From an uncultured delta proteobacterium (GTDB lineage: Bacteria > Desulfobacterota > Desulfobacteria > Desulfobacterales > JAFDCJ01): 64,000 nt of DNA. The notes beneath the pieces are model-generated. The model did no database searches and was not told the DNA's origin. It was given only the letters and a program-made list of their open reading frames with translations. The DNA lies in contig CAVYNY010000014.1 of the NCBI GenBank assembly GCA_963769935.1, positions 84,392-148,391 of the forward strand. Reading direction: 5' to 3'. Positions 1 to 9,935 of the stretch are shown here, piece after piece. How positions within the stretch are numbered: the first letter of the stretch is position 1; every line of letters starts with the position of its first letter. The translations under genes and the position numbers were made by a program.

Positions 1-2
1 GA

Positions 3-185
3 ATCGATCTGCTGCCCCAGAATCTGGGACAGGCCCTCGATGCCCTTCGCAAGGATAATCTCCTGCGCGAGGCAATGGGTGAACAACTTGCAGGTTCCTA
101 CATGGCAGTGCGCCGAAATGAATGGGAAAATCTCAAGGACTTGACATTAGAAGAAGAGGTGGCGCTTCTGGCAGAGCGGTATTAG
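3..185 (+). CDS. Glutamine synthetase family protein, C-terminal end (5'-truncated by window edge)
   Basis: Manual translation of frame 3: IDLLPQNLGQALDALRKDNLLREAMGEQLAGSYMAVRRNEWENLKDLTLEEEVALLAERY*. It resembles the GS C-terminal LP-x2-L-x2-AL...EW pattern. Confidence 0.75.
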   Translation: MDLLPQNLGQALDALRKDNLLREAMGEQLAGSYMAVRRNEWENLKDLTLEEEVALLAERY

Positions 186-269
186 GTGGATATCAGTTGG
201 TTGTTGTCAGTTGTCTGTTGTAGATTGTAAAGGAAAAACGTGCCGGCCAAATTCATACTTTATTATTGT

Positions 270-2654
270 TCATAGATGCGAACTTTTTTCTTTGCCAAGA
301 GCCGGTGCCGACGGAAAATAAAGCGAAAAAGTAGTGGCGGCCGCCTGGTGACAGCCGGCGCCGCGATTGCATCGAGGGCACATGCTGATTCGGCCGGGAC
401 AGACGTCACTGTCCTGCGGCAGAGACGAACAGCGCTTTGATTCCAGTTGGATCTGAAAATTATAGCGCTCCGCGAAGATCTTCATACGCAGCAGATCTGC
501 TCCTTTTCCCCCGGCATTGAAGTCAAACGGCTTTTTGCTGGCATAGTCCATGGTCGCCCGGTTGGTAAAAAAACCCTCAAAAATGCGAATCTGATTCTCC
601 GGTGTAATGCCGACGCCGAAATCACGCACCTGCAGCAGCGTCCCTTCCCCCTTTTCCGTCACATTGATTTCCACCCGGCCTTCATCCGGCGTATTTTCAA
701 CGGCGTTTTTCACCAGCCCGTCGATAATTTTGGCCAGCGCTTCCGGCGGCATCAATATGGGCGGCACCGGGTTTAAGCGGTCGACGAGCTCGACCTCGCG
801 GTGGGCAAAGGCCCGCTTCAGGCATTCCAACCGCCGGCGGACGAACGTATCAAGCCGTATTGATTCAACAGCCGCATCTTTGGCACCATAGGTGTCATCG
901 ATATATTTTCGAATATGCCGCACGATCGAACCTTCCCCGAGCTGCTCGGCCAACAGGGCTTCCAGCTCATCACTGCACAAATCCACCAGATGCGACAGGA
1001 TGGTTCGGGTCTTATAGGTTTTGTGCTGGATGATGTCATAGATCTGATACTGCATTTCCAGCAAACGGTCGAGATTGCGACGGGCTCGATCGATGGTCGG
1101 CTGCCAGCTTTCCTGCGGCAGAAATTGAAGTTTTTTCTCCAGCGTCACCAGAGACGTTCGCAGAACGGCGATCGGCGTTTTTAATTCATGCGACAGATGA
1201 TTGATGACCTTGTCTTTGGCGCGATTCAGGCTGGACACTTCCAGGTAGGCGCTTTTTAGTTCCCCTGAAAACCTCGCATTTTCTATGGAAAGTACCACGG
1301 TTCCTGCCAGCATGCTCAAAAGATCGACATCGGTCTGGTCAAAGCCGCCTTCTTTCTTGTTGACGGCGCATAAGGTGCCGATAATTCGCTCCTGACTTCT
1401 CAGGGGCACCAGCAGCAGATTGCGGGTTTGATAGCCCAGCTTTTTATCGCGTTCGATATGAATTTCGGAGTCACCGGAGATGTCGTTCATGATGATGGGC
1501 TTGCCTGTCTTGATTACCTTGCCCGCCACAAGCTCATCGACTTGAAAACGAGCCTCCTTGGCCCTCTGCTGAGTGGCCGTATCGTCATAGGCGGCCCCGC
1601 GTAAAAAAAGCTCCTGTCGCTGTTCATCCAGCAGGATGACGACCCCGCCCTCGGTTTCCATCAATTCCTTGATCACACTGCTCACATAATCCAGCAGTTC
1701 ATAAAGTTCCGGATATTCAGGCAGGGCCAGGCTGATGCGAAGCATGGCCTCATTGTTTCGAGCCATACGCTTAACACGGGTGATATCTCTGAGAATCACC
1801 AGCACACCGGCCGGCTGCCCCGCTGCATCTGAAATCACCGAAGCTCGCCAGACCACATCCAAACAGCGTCCGTCTTTGGCAAGCCGGCGCGTTTCATAGC
1901 GGCGAATGACTTTTTCCTCGAAAAGCTTGTGAAGATGTTCACGGGTTTCGGCCTCCAGGTCAGGCGGCACATAAGGAACCCGCCGGCCGTGCAATTCTTC
2001 CAGCGTCCAGCCGAAGGTTTCGGTAAAAGCCGGATTCAGATAGGAAACCAGACCATCTACGGTGAACACGAGTATCGAATACGGTGCGAAATCAAGCAAC
2101 GTACGCGAACGCTGCTCGGATTTTAAGCGGGCCGCCTCGGCGCGTCGGCGTCCGGTGGTGTCCTGCAGCGTTTCCAAAGCACCGAGTACCTTTCCTGCCG
2201 AATCCGTTAAGGGGGCCGCTGTAAAAAACAGCCAGCGGCCGCCGTCACCGATATCCGGGAAAAAGTCTTCCGCCTCATAGGCCCCATTCTTGACAGCCGA
2301 TGGGCGGTACTTGCCACGGTAGTACTGCGCAATCTCCTCCTCGGGTGCGCCGTCCACGATCAGATCGGCCATGGTGGGCCTGGCGGCGCCATAAAATGCC
2401 TTCCAGGCGTCCCGGGTGCCGATGATTTCATCACAGGCGATACCGGTCAAATTCTCCAAAGCCGGGTTGTAGTGCGTGACGATATGGTCGTTGTCAAGGA
2501 CGAAAACGGGAATCGGAAAACATGCAATAATTTGACTCAGCCGCTCCTGAAGCCCCCGCAGGGCGTTTTCTCTTTGCCGGTGTCCGCTGATTTGTTTTTG
2601 CAGGGCGTCGATTTTTTTTTGCAGCGCTTCATCATATGATGGCCTTTGAGCCAT
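270..2654 (-). CDS. PAS-PAS-GAF sensor histidine kinase with Cys-rich C-terminal segment
   Basis: Two PAS domains (YNPALENLTG, YLNPAFTETFGW), a GAF domain (LLVPLRSQERIIGTL...NKK), H-box SHELKTP, N-box LVKNAVENT and G1 DFGVGI. Confidence 0.9.
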   Translation of the reverse strand: MAQRPSYDEALQKKIDALQKQISGHRQRENALRGLQERLSQIIACFPIPVFVLDNDHIVTHYNPALENLTGIACDEIIGTRDAWKAFYGAARPTMADLIVDGAPEEEIAQYYRGKYRPSAVKNGAYEAEDFFPDIGDGGRWLFFTAAPLTDSAGKVLGALETLQDTTGRRRAEAARLKSEQRSRTLLDFAPYSILVFTVDGLVSYLNPAFTETFGWTLEELHGRRVPYVPPDLEAETREHLHKLFEEKVIRRYETRRLAKDGRCLDVVWRASVISDAAGQPAGVLVILRDITRVKRMARNNEAMLRISLALPEYPELYELLDYVSSVIKELMETEGGVVILLDEQRQELFLRGAAYDDTATQQRAKEARFQVDELVAGKVIKTGKPIIMNDISGDSEIHIERDKKLGYQTRNLLLVPLRSQERIIGTLCAVNKKEGGFDQTDVDLLSMLAGTVVLSIENARFSGELKSAYLEVSSLNRAKDKVINHLSHELKTPIAVLRTSLVTLEKKLQFLPQESWQPTIDRARRNLDRLLEMQYQIYDIIQHKTYKTRTILSHLVDLCSDELEALLAEQLGEGSIVRHIRKYIDDTYGAKDAAVESIRLDTFVRRRLECLKRAFAHREVELVDRLNPVPPILMPPEALAKIIDGLVKNAVENTPDEGRVEINVTEKGEGTLLQVRDFGVGITPENQIRIFEGFFTNRATMDYASKKPFDFNAGGKGADLLRMKIFAERYNFQIQLESKRCSSLPQDSDVCPGRISMCPRCNRGAGCHQAAATTFSLYFPSAPALGKEKSSHL

Positions 2655-2779
2655 ACCCGAGAACCTCCTGCGGGGTGTTTTGGATTAAATTCACAAGAGC
2701 CGAAGTCGTTTAAACAGTATTCCATTTTTCCGTGGGAAGCTTCGCCTGATCGGAACAGCAAACCGCATAGGCTAAGCAC

Positions 2780-4153
2780 TTATCGACCCAACTCTTCTAA
2801 AATCATACCATAGGCCTTCAGCCCCCGCTTAAAACTGCTGATCCGAAAGAACTCATCCGGCGCGTGCAGATTTTCATCTTCGAGACCAAAGGCAAAATTC
2901 ACCATATAGGCATCCAGGGATTTCAAAAACAAGCCGGACACCGGAATGGTGCCTCCCGTTCGGGCAATATAGGGTTCTTTTCCATACAGCTCTTTTAAGA
3001 CGATCCGGGCCGCCTGGTTGCCGGGGTGATCGAATGCAATCAGGAAGGGATCGGCAGAGCCGGCCAGCTTTTCTACGGCGGCGGTCGTACCGGCCGGCAC
3101 ATGTTTGGCCACATGAGCACGAATTAATTCGAATATTTTACCCGGCTTCTGATCGGGCACGAGGCGGCAGGTAATTTTGGCATGCGCTTTAGCCGGGATA
3201 ACGGTCTTGATGCCTTCGCCCTGAAAGCCGCCCCAAATGCCGTTCACTTCCAGTGTGGGACGCACCCAGGCCCGTTCATAAGTCGAATAACCGGCTTCGC
3301 CAAACAGCTGGGTCACCCCTATCTCCCGCATGTACTGCGCTTCATCATACGGAATAGCGGCGATCTGAGCCCTTTCTGAATCCGTAAGCTCACGCACCGC
3401 ATCATAAAAACCTTCGACTAAAATGTCCCCCTGGGGGCTGCGCATTGAAGCGATGAGACGCGCCAGGGCGTGGATGGGATTTTGAAATGTACCGCCGTAG
3501 GTGCCGGAGTGAACATCCTGCGCGGCGCTTTGCAGATCGATTTGCAGGGCGCACAGTCCTCTGCGTCCGATATTCAAGGCGGGCTGATCTTCCTCCCACT
3601 GCCCGCCGTCGGCGCTGAGCACCATGTCGCAGGCCAGCAGATCCTTATGCGAGGCAATAAAATCGGGCATCTGCGGACTGCCGATCTCCTCCTGGCCTTC
3701 AAAAAAGAATTTGACGTTTACGGGCAGACGGCCGCCGGTCTTCAGCATGGCTTCGGCGGCCAGGATCGGTATGAGCATATTGCCTTTATCATCGGACGCC
3801 CCCCGGGCATAGATGCGATCATCCCTGATCACGGGCGCAAACGGCGGTTGGGTCCACAGTTCCAGCGGGTCCACCGGCTGGGTGTCGAAATGGCCGTAGA
3901 TTAGAACAGTGGGTTTATCAGACGCCTGGAGCCGCTGACCGTAAACGACGGGGTGGCCTTCAGTGGGTAGAATCCGAACCTCTTCCAGGCCGGCTGTCTT
4001 CATGCGCTCGGCTACCCACCCGGCTGCCCGTTTGACGTCGGCGGCATGTTCGGGTAAGCTGGAAATGCTGGGGATACGAAGAAAATCGAAAAGTTCATCC
4101 AAATAGCGGGAAGTGTTGTCTGCCAGATACGCTTGCCAGTCGGTCATGGTCAT
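2780..4153 (-). CDS. M20 family dipeptidase / metallopeptidase
   Basis: Motifs YGHFDTQP, RGASDDKG, FEGQEEIGS, HSG and LHAPDE. Start moved to ATG 4153, which follows a GGAGG RBS. Confidence 0.9.
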   Translation of the reverse strand: MTMTDWQAYLADNTSRYLDELFDFLRIPSISSLPEHAADVKRAAGWVAERMKTAGLEEVRILPTEGHPVVYGQRLQASDKPTVLIYGHFDTQPVDPLELWTQPPFAPVIRDDRIYARGASDDKGNMLIPILAAEAMLKTGGRLPVNVKFFFEGQEEIGSPQMPDFIASHKDLLACDMVLSADGGQWEEDQPALNIGRRGLCALQIDLQSAAQDVHSGTYGGTFQNPIHALARLIASMRSPQGDILVEGFYDAVRELTDSERAQIAAIPYDEAQYMREIGVTQLFGEAGYSTYERAWVRPTLEVNGIWGGFQGEGIKTVIPAKAHAKITCRLVPDQKPGKIFELIRAHVAKHVPAGTTAAVEKLAGSADPFLIAFDHPGNQAARIVLKELYGKEPYIARTGGTIPVSGLFLKSLDAYMVNFAFGLEDENLHAPDEFFRISSFKRGLKAYGMILEELGR

Positions 4154-4241
4154 GTCCTCCTTTAGTTGAAATCCAAATTTACATCGGTGATTCAGGCCCC
4201 GAACTTTTACAATATAATCCCGATTTATAAATAGTAAAACG

Positions 4242-4272
4242 AAAAAAGGCAGCGCCGGATGGCGCTGCCTTT
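4242..4272 (-). terminator. Rho-independent terminator downstream of the FG-GAP/PKD gene
   Basis: Minus strand reads aaaggcagcgcc-atcc-ggcgctgcc-tttttt: a GC stem with 4-nt loop followed by a U6 tract. Confidence 0.8.
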
Positions 4273-4391
4273 CTTCTTTCAAAAAGTGATCGCTGAAAGT
4301 CTACCGTCTTAATCGTGCCGCGGCATTAGCCTGACGGCTCCATGCTGTATTTAATGCCGGTTATCTTCGCTTGGCACGGCATTTGACGTTT

Positions 4392-6299
4392 CTAGAATTT
4401 TCCCTGGTGAAAACTATTCGTTAAAAAGCCCCATCGCCTGAACTTCTCGCAAGCCTTGATTGACCCTGCGCCCGCGAAGTCGGCCAGGCCGCCATTCACA
4501 AAGATCTTGCCCTCCACGGCTAAGACGGCGTTATCATTGGGACCGCCGATGGCTTGGACGACGGCCTGCCGGTTAAATTTTACGGCAGCCACATTCATGC
4601 GGTGCCAAATTTTGCGCCAGAGTTTGGCCAGAAAGGTATGCCGGTATTCCTGCGATGCCTCCTTTATATCAGAAGTGCCGATGCCGAGAGTGATGCTGTC
4701 GCGCGCGATCCGGGCAGCTTCCATGCCGTCCGGCACCTTGATGGTCGCCAGAACCCATTTATCCCTGCTCTTCAGATCCAGCGGATTGGGAGAGAATTTG
4801 ACCGTGACCGGCACCGGCACAACCTTAAACGTGGTCGAAACACTGGTAAAGGCTCCTTTATCATCCGTAACCGTTAAACTCACAGTATAGTCGTTCGCGT
4901 CATAATAAGTGCGGTCAAAACTGCCATCGGAAGAGGTTTGATCGCCGAAGTCCCACAAATAGGTGGCAATCGATGCATCCGCATCGGGATCGCTGGAATC
5001 CGTTCCGACAAATTCAACTTTTTGGCCGGCCATGACTTGCGGAGGGTTGCTGACGACTTCCTGGCCCGCGACCATAATTTTGATCACGGCAACCGGCGGT
5101 TGGTTCGGTTCGTAAGGCGGGGCAGCCACGGCCAAAAGGCTCGACTTGGACTCGCACGGATAAATATCGGCCTGACCGTCCTGATTCAAATCCGCAACGG
5201 TGAATCCCTTTTGGCCGTCCCCCAGGTCGGCACCGCCTAACAACACGGCAACCCCTTTGCCGGACTCTGTCGCGGCTCCGGGTCCGTAACCGGCTACAAC
5301 CAGGTCCTGCCAGCCATCGCCGTTAAAGTCAAAGTTGTCAATAGCCGGCTGGGTGGAAAATTCAAACCCGGCAAATACGGCCGGCTCAGATTCAAAATCT
5401 ACGGGAGGAACTGCTCCCTCGGGAGAGACTGCTCCCTCGGCGGGGGCTTTCCCCTTATAAACATACAGAGAATCTTCGTTGACCGCCGCGAAGTCCACCA
5501 GACCGTCACGGTCAAAATCGGCCGCGGCGACGCCGGACACCGCCTCCCCGTCAGCGGGGTTAAAGGTATAGGTTACGAAATTGCCTGTACCGTCGCCTAA
5601 ATAAAAATAATACTTATCCGGCGAATTGCCGGGGGCGACAATAAAATCGGCGTGCCCGTCGTTGTTGAAATCGGCCGTATCGACACCGAATGAATTCGCA
5701 GGTTTGCCGGAAGTTAGCGTGACACTCGTAAATTCCAGCGGAATGTTGATGGTGTTGGTCGTGGTGTTGCTCAGATACACCATCATCACCGCACTTTTGA
5801 GCGGGGCCATGACAAAATCGGCAATGCCGTCCTCATTGAAATCGGCAGCCGCCATGCCGCCGGCATAGCATTTCTCTCCCTCCAGTCCGGCCCATGTCGC
5901 TACGGATACCGGATCTGCAAACTGATACTTATATTTGACGGAATCGCCTTGGCCCTCATTGACGGCGATTTTGCCCTCATTGAGGGAGATGTAAATGCTC
6001 CCGGTTTTAAAGCCTAATCCCGTAACGTAATCCAGGTCGCCGTCTTTATCGAAATCGCCGAGTGCATTCCCATAGCTGTTTTTATAAGGCAGCGAAATAT
6101 CCGTGTTCCCGGTCAGCTGCAGGACCTGCGGCGAATCGAATTCACCATTGCCCTGGCTGACCAGGTAAAAGGCATCACCCGGATTAGAATTTGAGACGAC
6201 GGCAAACACCCCATCGCCGGCCAAGGCCGAAGCCGCCAGTGACACCGCAAAAACCATACCCACCAGGATACTCAATACACCCCAGGATTTTGGTCTCAT
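4392..6299 (-). CDS. Secreted FG-GAP/VCBS-repeat protein with PKD domain
   Basis: Signal peptide ending ASALA; repeated DFDKDGDLD/DFNEDGIAD/DFNNDGHAD/DFDRDGLVD/DFNGDGWQD motifs; PKD motif YLWDFGD...YTVSLTVTDDKG. Confidence 0.85.
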   Translation of the reverse strand: MRPKSWGVLSILVGMVFAVSLAASALAGDGVFAVVSNSNPGDAFYLVSQGNGEFDSPQVLQLTGNTDISLPYKNSYGNALGDFDKDGDLDYVTGLGFKTGSIYISLNEGKIAVNEGQGDSVKYKYQFADPVSVATWAGLEGEKCYAGGMAAADFNEDGIADFVMAPLKSAVMMVYLSNTTTNTINIPLEFTSVTLTSGKPANSFGVDTADFNNDGHADFIVAPGNSPDKYYFYLGDGTGNFVTYTFNPADGEAVSGVAAADFDRDGLVDFAAVNEDSLYVYKGKAPAEGAVSPEGAVPPVDFESEPAVFAGFEFSTQPAIDNFDFNGDGWQDLVVAGYGPGAATESGKGVAVLLGGADLGDGQKGFTVADLNQDGQADIYPCESKSSLLAVAAPPYEPNQPPVAVIKIMVAGQEVVSNPPQVMAGQKVEFVGTDSSDPDADASIATYLWDFGDQTSSDGSFDRTYYDANDYTVSLTVTDDKGAFTSVSTTFKVVPVPVTVKFSPNPLDLKSRDKWVLATIKVPDGMEAARIARDSITLGIGTSDIKEASQEYRHTFLAKLWRKIWHRMNVAAVKFNRQAVVQAIGGPNDNAVLAVEGKIFVNGGLADFAGAGSIKACEKFRRWGFLTNSFHQGKF

Positions 6300-6808
6300 T
6301 TTTTCCCATCCTTTTTTAATGAGTTAGTGTTAACCTCCATCCCCGGATGCTGCCTACCCCCTTTTAAAATCAGCAGGCATCAACGGAAATCATTCCATCA
6401 CAAATAAATTTGGCACCCCCCCATTTATGGTGTACTGTCCGGCTTTCCCCCTCAAGAATTCCGGACCGGGCTGTTTTTTGATCAGTCTTGTAAAACAACC
6501 CTGCCTGGGCATTTTGCAACATCCATTCCAACTTAAAGATTTAAAATTTTTCGCTGATTTTTGGTAATAATTCAAGCCCCTTGTGTCGGGGTCGCCGCCA
6601 GGATGACGGTCTTACCAAGCCCGGGAGGTGCCAATTATTGTCAGTTCAAGTAACATTTTGCGTTCACAGCGGCCGGCGCACAGCCGCGAGACAAACGTAT
6701 TGTGGTTGACTTCAAAAATGAGGGTGTGTTAAAAAATTGGGCGTTCAAAGGTCCGCTGAAATGCCGATGAAAAAATTGGGAGCCCAGTAAGGAGAAAAAT
6801 ACCACCTC

Positions 6809-7168
6809 ATGACAGCTAACGAAAGAACGCGGTATTCACCATTTGATGAGGCCTGCCGGTATATCTTGTATGAAAATCCCGAGGCCATCGGGGTTGCTTA
6901 TAAAGTATTGAACTGCGGCTGTGCCTTGATTTGCTGCGCGTCGGTCGGAGGCGATCCGATTGGCAGCCTGCAGCATGTTTCCGGTCAATCGGTGAAAAAA
7001 GGCAAAAAATCGCCCATTTGTCTGAAATGCCGCCAGGACAATGGATTCGACCGGGTGGTCTGGGAGGGCATATACTGGCCCGGTTCACAAAGTGAATGGC
7101 CGGATAAAGACTTAAGAATATCAATCGGCCGGAAAGTTTTCGGCCCCGGTTATATGGAGCCTGACTAG
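6809..7168 (+). CDS. Hypothetical Cys-rich protein
   Basis: 119-aa ORF with AGGAG RBS; Cys motifs LNCGCALIC and ICLKC. Confidence 0.65.
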   Translation: MTANERTRYSPFDEACRYILYENPEAIGVAYKVLNCGCALICCASVGGDPIGSLQHVSGQSVKKGKKSPICLKCRQDNGFDRVVWEGIYWPGSQSEWPDKDLRISIGRKVFGPGYMEPD

Positions 7169-7250
7169 AAAAGCAGGCCTGCCGGCACCGGTTGAAACCA
7201 GAGTTTCCGAGTTAAACCCATCTGGTGTAAACAAAGGCCTTATTGTTTTT

Positions 7251-7706
7251 TTACAATCTGGCCCCTGAAAAAATGTGAAATAAAAGATAGTACAATCCAG
7301 CGGAGATCAGCAGAAAACCTGCCGTTAAGCCGACAAACAGGCTGCGATTCACATGCCGCCCTCTTTGCTGCTCTTTTTCTTCAAGATAGTTTAATGCGCT
7401 GTCGACAACAACCCGGCGGTAGGTGTAAAGCGTCGGTTTTCTGCAGTGCGGACACAACTCCAAATACTTGGCCATATTTTTGGTGTCGTAGTGGTACCGG
7501 CTTATATATCTCTCCGGCGTGTCAACGGTTTCATCGATCTTCCTTTTGCGCCGGTCTTCCAAGTAAACCAGGGTATCGTCCTTTTTAACATTTTTATCGT
7601 TTTTATCATTCAGGACTTTGCCGCCGCTCTTAATTTCTTCCACCGGCAGGGCTGCATACTCGACGCCGGCTTTTTTCTCTTCGGTATAAATTAATTTTCC
7701 TTTCAT
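7251..7706 (-). CDS. Hypothetical protein with CxxC motif and C-terminal TM helix
   Basis: AGGAGG RBS before ATG 7706; CPHC motif; hydrophobic C-terminus; preceded by a sigma54 promoter. Confidence 0.7.
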   Translation of the reverse strand: MKGKLIYTEEKKAGVEYAALPVEEIKSGGKVLNDKNDKNVKKDDTLVYLEDRRKRKIDETVDTPERYISRYHYDTKNMAKYLELCPHCRKPTLYTYRRVVVDSALNYLEEKEQQRGRHVNRSLFVGLTAGFLLISAGLYYLLFHIFSGARL

Positions 7707-7789
7707 AGCTCCTCCTTTTGTGACCCCCGTCAAAAATATAGCTGATAGATTATGTTTATGGTTTGAAGAATAAATTTTAACCTGAACGT

Positions 7790-7805
7790 AGCAGCAATCG
7801 TGCCA
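7790..7805 (-). promoter_or_regulatory. Sigma54 (-24/-12) promoter
   Basis: Minus strand TGGCACGATTGCTGCT fits GG-N10-GC; about 85 nt upstream of the 7706 start, with AT-rich DNA upstream. Confidence 0.7.
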
Positions 7806-7938
7806 GGCTGGAGCTATAGATATAATTTGATTTAATTCAAGCAGGTTAAACCTGAAATACGAATTTCAGAATGAGCTTATGGATCGGCGTTTTCAGTAAG
7901 AAATTGGGAAATCGATTTCACATTTGGAAACATTTTAC

Positions 7939-8394
7939 CTAATTGGCAAATTTCTGCAGATGCTTGATATGAAGATATTCTTCATCAATTATTTTTTGTA
8001 ATTGTTGCAGGGCAATGGGGTCCTCGACAAAAGGCTCGAGCACCTTATAAAATATCACGGAATCTTTTTCAAATTCGAGGAACACGGTAATCAGGTCATC
8101 CATATTTTTAATGGAAGAAAAGTCAACCTCTTTGAGCGAGAAATTCTGATTCCCCAGCAGATCATCGAAAAGCTCGCGACTCATCTCTTCCACAAAGGGA
8201 TTCGCCTGCTTTGTTTCTAGGTTAATTTTCAATTCCGAAAAAAATCCGGCATGCTTCACTTCTTCGGCGGCCATCCATTCCAGCAAAGAGACAAGCTCCG
8301 GCTTTTTTACCATGGCGATGGCGCTGCGATAAACCGCTTCACCGTTTTTCTCCAGCTTAATCGCCATATTCAGAAGTTCCTTAGCTGTAAACAA
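7939..8394 (-). CDS. Ferritin-like / rubrerythrin family protein
   Basis: Di-iron motifs AIKLEKNGEAVY...EEVKH and EFEKDSVIFY...EEYLH; TTG start after GGAG. Confidence 0.85.
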   Translation of the reverse strand: MFTAKELLNMAIKLEKNGEAVYRSAIAMVKKPELVSLLEWMAAEEVKHAGFFSELKINLETKQANPFVEEMSRELFDDLLGNQNFSLKEVDFSSIKNMDDLITVFLEFEKDSVIFYKVLEPFVEDPIALQQLQKIIDEEYLHIKHLQKFAN

Positions 8395-8514
8395 AGTACT
8401 TTACTCCTTTTTTGCAGTTTACCGTACCGGGAAAAGTAATCCAAACCATAGGGTAAAGTCAATATCTATCATTTTTATTTGACTGCCCCCAAGCATACTG
8501 CTATTCTACACCAC

Positions 8515-9426
8515 ATGCAAACCGGCAACTCCAATCACTCGAGAATCAGACCGGCGGCCACGGTTATCCTCACTCGCCATCAGGCCGGAAAGCTTCAGGT
8601 GTACCTGCTCAAACGCAGCCCGCAAAGCGGGTTTATGGCCGGATATTTTGTTTTCCCCGGGGGTACCGTAGATAGTCTGGATCGGCACTTTGGCCTTTTC
8701 AGCAACCATTGTGATATGACATCCCGTGAAATTTCCGCACGTTTTGGCTCGGAACTCTCAGAGGAACAAGCCCTGGCTTATTGTGTTGCCGCTATTCGTG
8801 AGACTTTTGAGGAAGCCGGGGTGGGCCTATTCCACCGGAACGATCCGCCGGCCGCCGACCTGGAGCGTATCAACCATTTGCGATTTTCGACCGGACTTGA
8901 AAAAAACTGGCTCCAGAAACTTGTCGCTGAGGGCAGCTGCCGCCTTACATTAACAGCACTTTCACGGTGGGCTCATTGGGTAACCCCCGAATTGATGAAA
9001 CGCCGTTTTGACACCCGATTTTTTCTGGCCGCAATGCCCTCCAGTCAATTTTGCCGGCCGGATGAAAATGAAACTGTCCAGGGGGTGTGGCTGAGCCCCG
9101 GGGAAGCTCTGGCGGATAATATGGCAGGCGCAATTCCTTTGAGTCCACCGACCCTGGTTACATTACATGAACTTTTGAAATATACCAACGTAAATAATCT
9201 GCAAGCCGAAAACCACCGCCGACCCTGGGGTCGGTCGCGCTTACCCCGTCTGGTGCCGCTGCCGCAAGGCGCGGTCATTGTCCAGCCATGGGACCCGATG
9301 TACAATCAAGAAGTAATTATCACTGATCCTGCAAGCCTGCCGGCCGCGGTCCTGCCGGTCGGCAAATCTTTTTCCAGGATCTGGTGTGATAACGGCATCT
9401 GGAAACCGATTGGGCTTAAAAATTAA
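8515..9426 (+). CDS. NUDIX hydrolase (NUDT19-like)
   Basis: PAATVIL, VFPGG, AAIRETFEEAG, HWVTP...RRFDTRFF and LSPPT motifs. Confidence 0.85.
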   Translation: MQTGNSNHSRIRPAATVILTRHQAGKLQVYLLKRSPQSGFMAGYFVFPGGTVDSLDRHFGLFSNHCDMTSREISARFGSELSEEQALAYCVAAIRETFEEAGVGLFHRNDPPAADLERINHLRFSTGLEKNWLQKLVAEGSCRLTLTALSRWAHWVTPELMKRRFDTRFFLAAMPSSQFCRPDENETVQGVWLSPGEALADNMAGAIPLSPPTLVTLHELLKYTNVNNLQAENHRRPWGRSRLPRLVPLPQGAVIVQPWDPMYNQEVIITDPASLPAAVLPVGKSFSRIWCDNGIWKPIGLKN

Positions 9427-9701
9427 GATGATTTTAGTCTGTTAAGATATTAGTTTCCCGAATTGACACGAATAACCACGAATTCTGGTAGTAGGCAAAA
9501 GCGGGGGCATTTATATTGTAAAATAAATTCGTGAATGTTCGTGTTAAGTTGTGGCCTTTTTCAAGCCGGTCAGGAACGATTGTCATCGGATTGACGGAAA
9601 TCACCTCAAATCCGACGGAATTTCTCTCAAATTCGATCGATCAAATGCTGAAATCCGCTTCTATCTGATTAAAATTATAAATAATTTTAAATTCATGGTT
9701 T

Positions 9702-9717
9702 TGGCACTCACTTTGCA
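9702..9717 (+). promoter_or_regulatory. Sigma54 (-24/-12) promoter of the dynamin-like gene cluster
   Basis: TGGCACTCACTTTGCA is a near-consensus GG-N10-GC; an AT-rich tract lies at 9665-9695. Confidence 0.8.
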
Positions 9718-9935
9718 AGCTATTTTCTCACGGCGGAGTCCGACGCCTTAAATATGGCGCAGAATGAAGGATGCCAAGGTGATCAAAATTCAACTTATGT
9801 CTTGAAAACCATTAATATTTTTGTAAAAATGGGTTAATACCTTGAGACTTGCTATTGTTCATTCCGACCCAGCTGCTGTAGGAAAAAGGAGCCATCCGGA
9901 TGGCCGTCGAAATACCTGCGATTGGAGCTTAGGCA

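Noticed and set aside
6617..6634. Sigma54 promoter for the FG-GAP gene (TGGCACCTCCCGGGCT)
   Set aside because: GG-N10-GC spacing is present, but the TT before GC is missing and the site is over 300 nt from the start.
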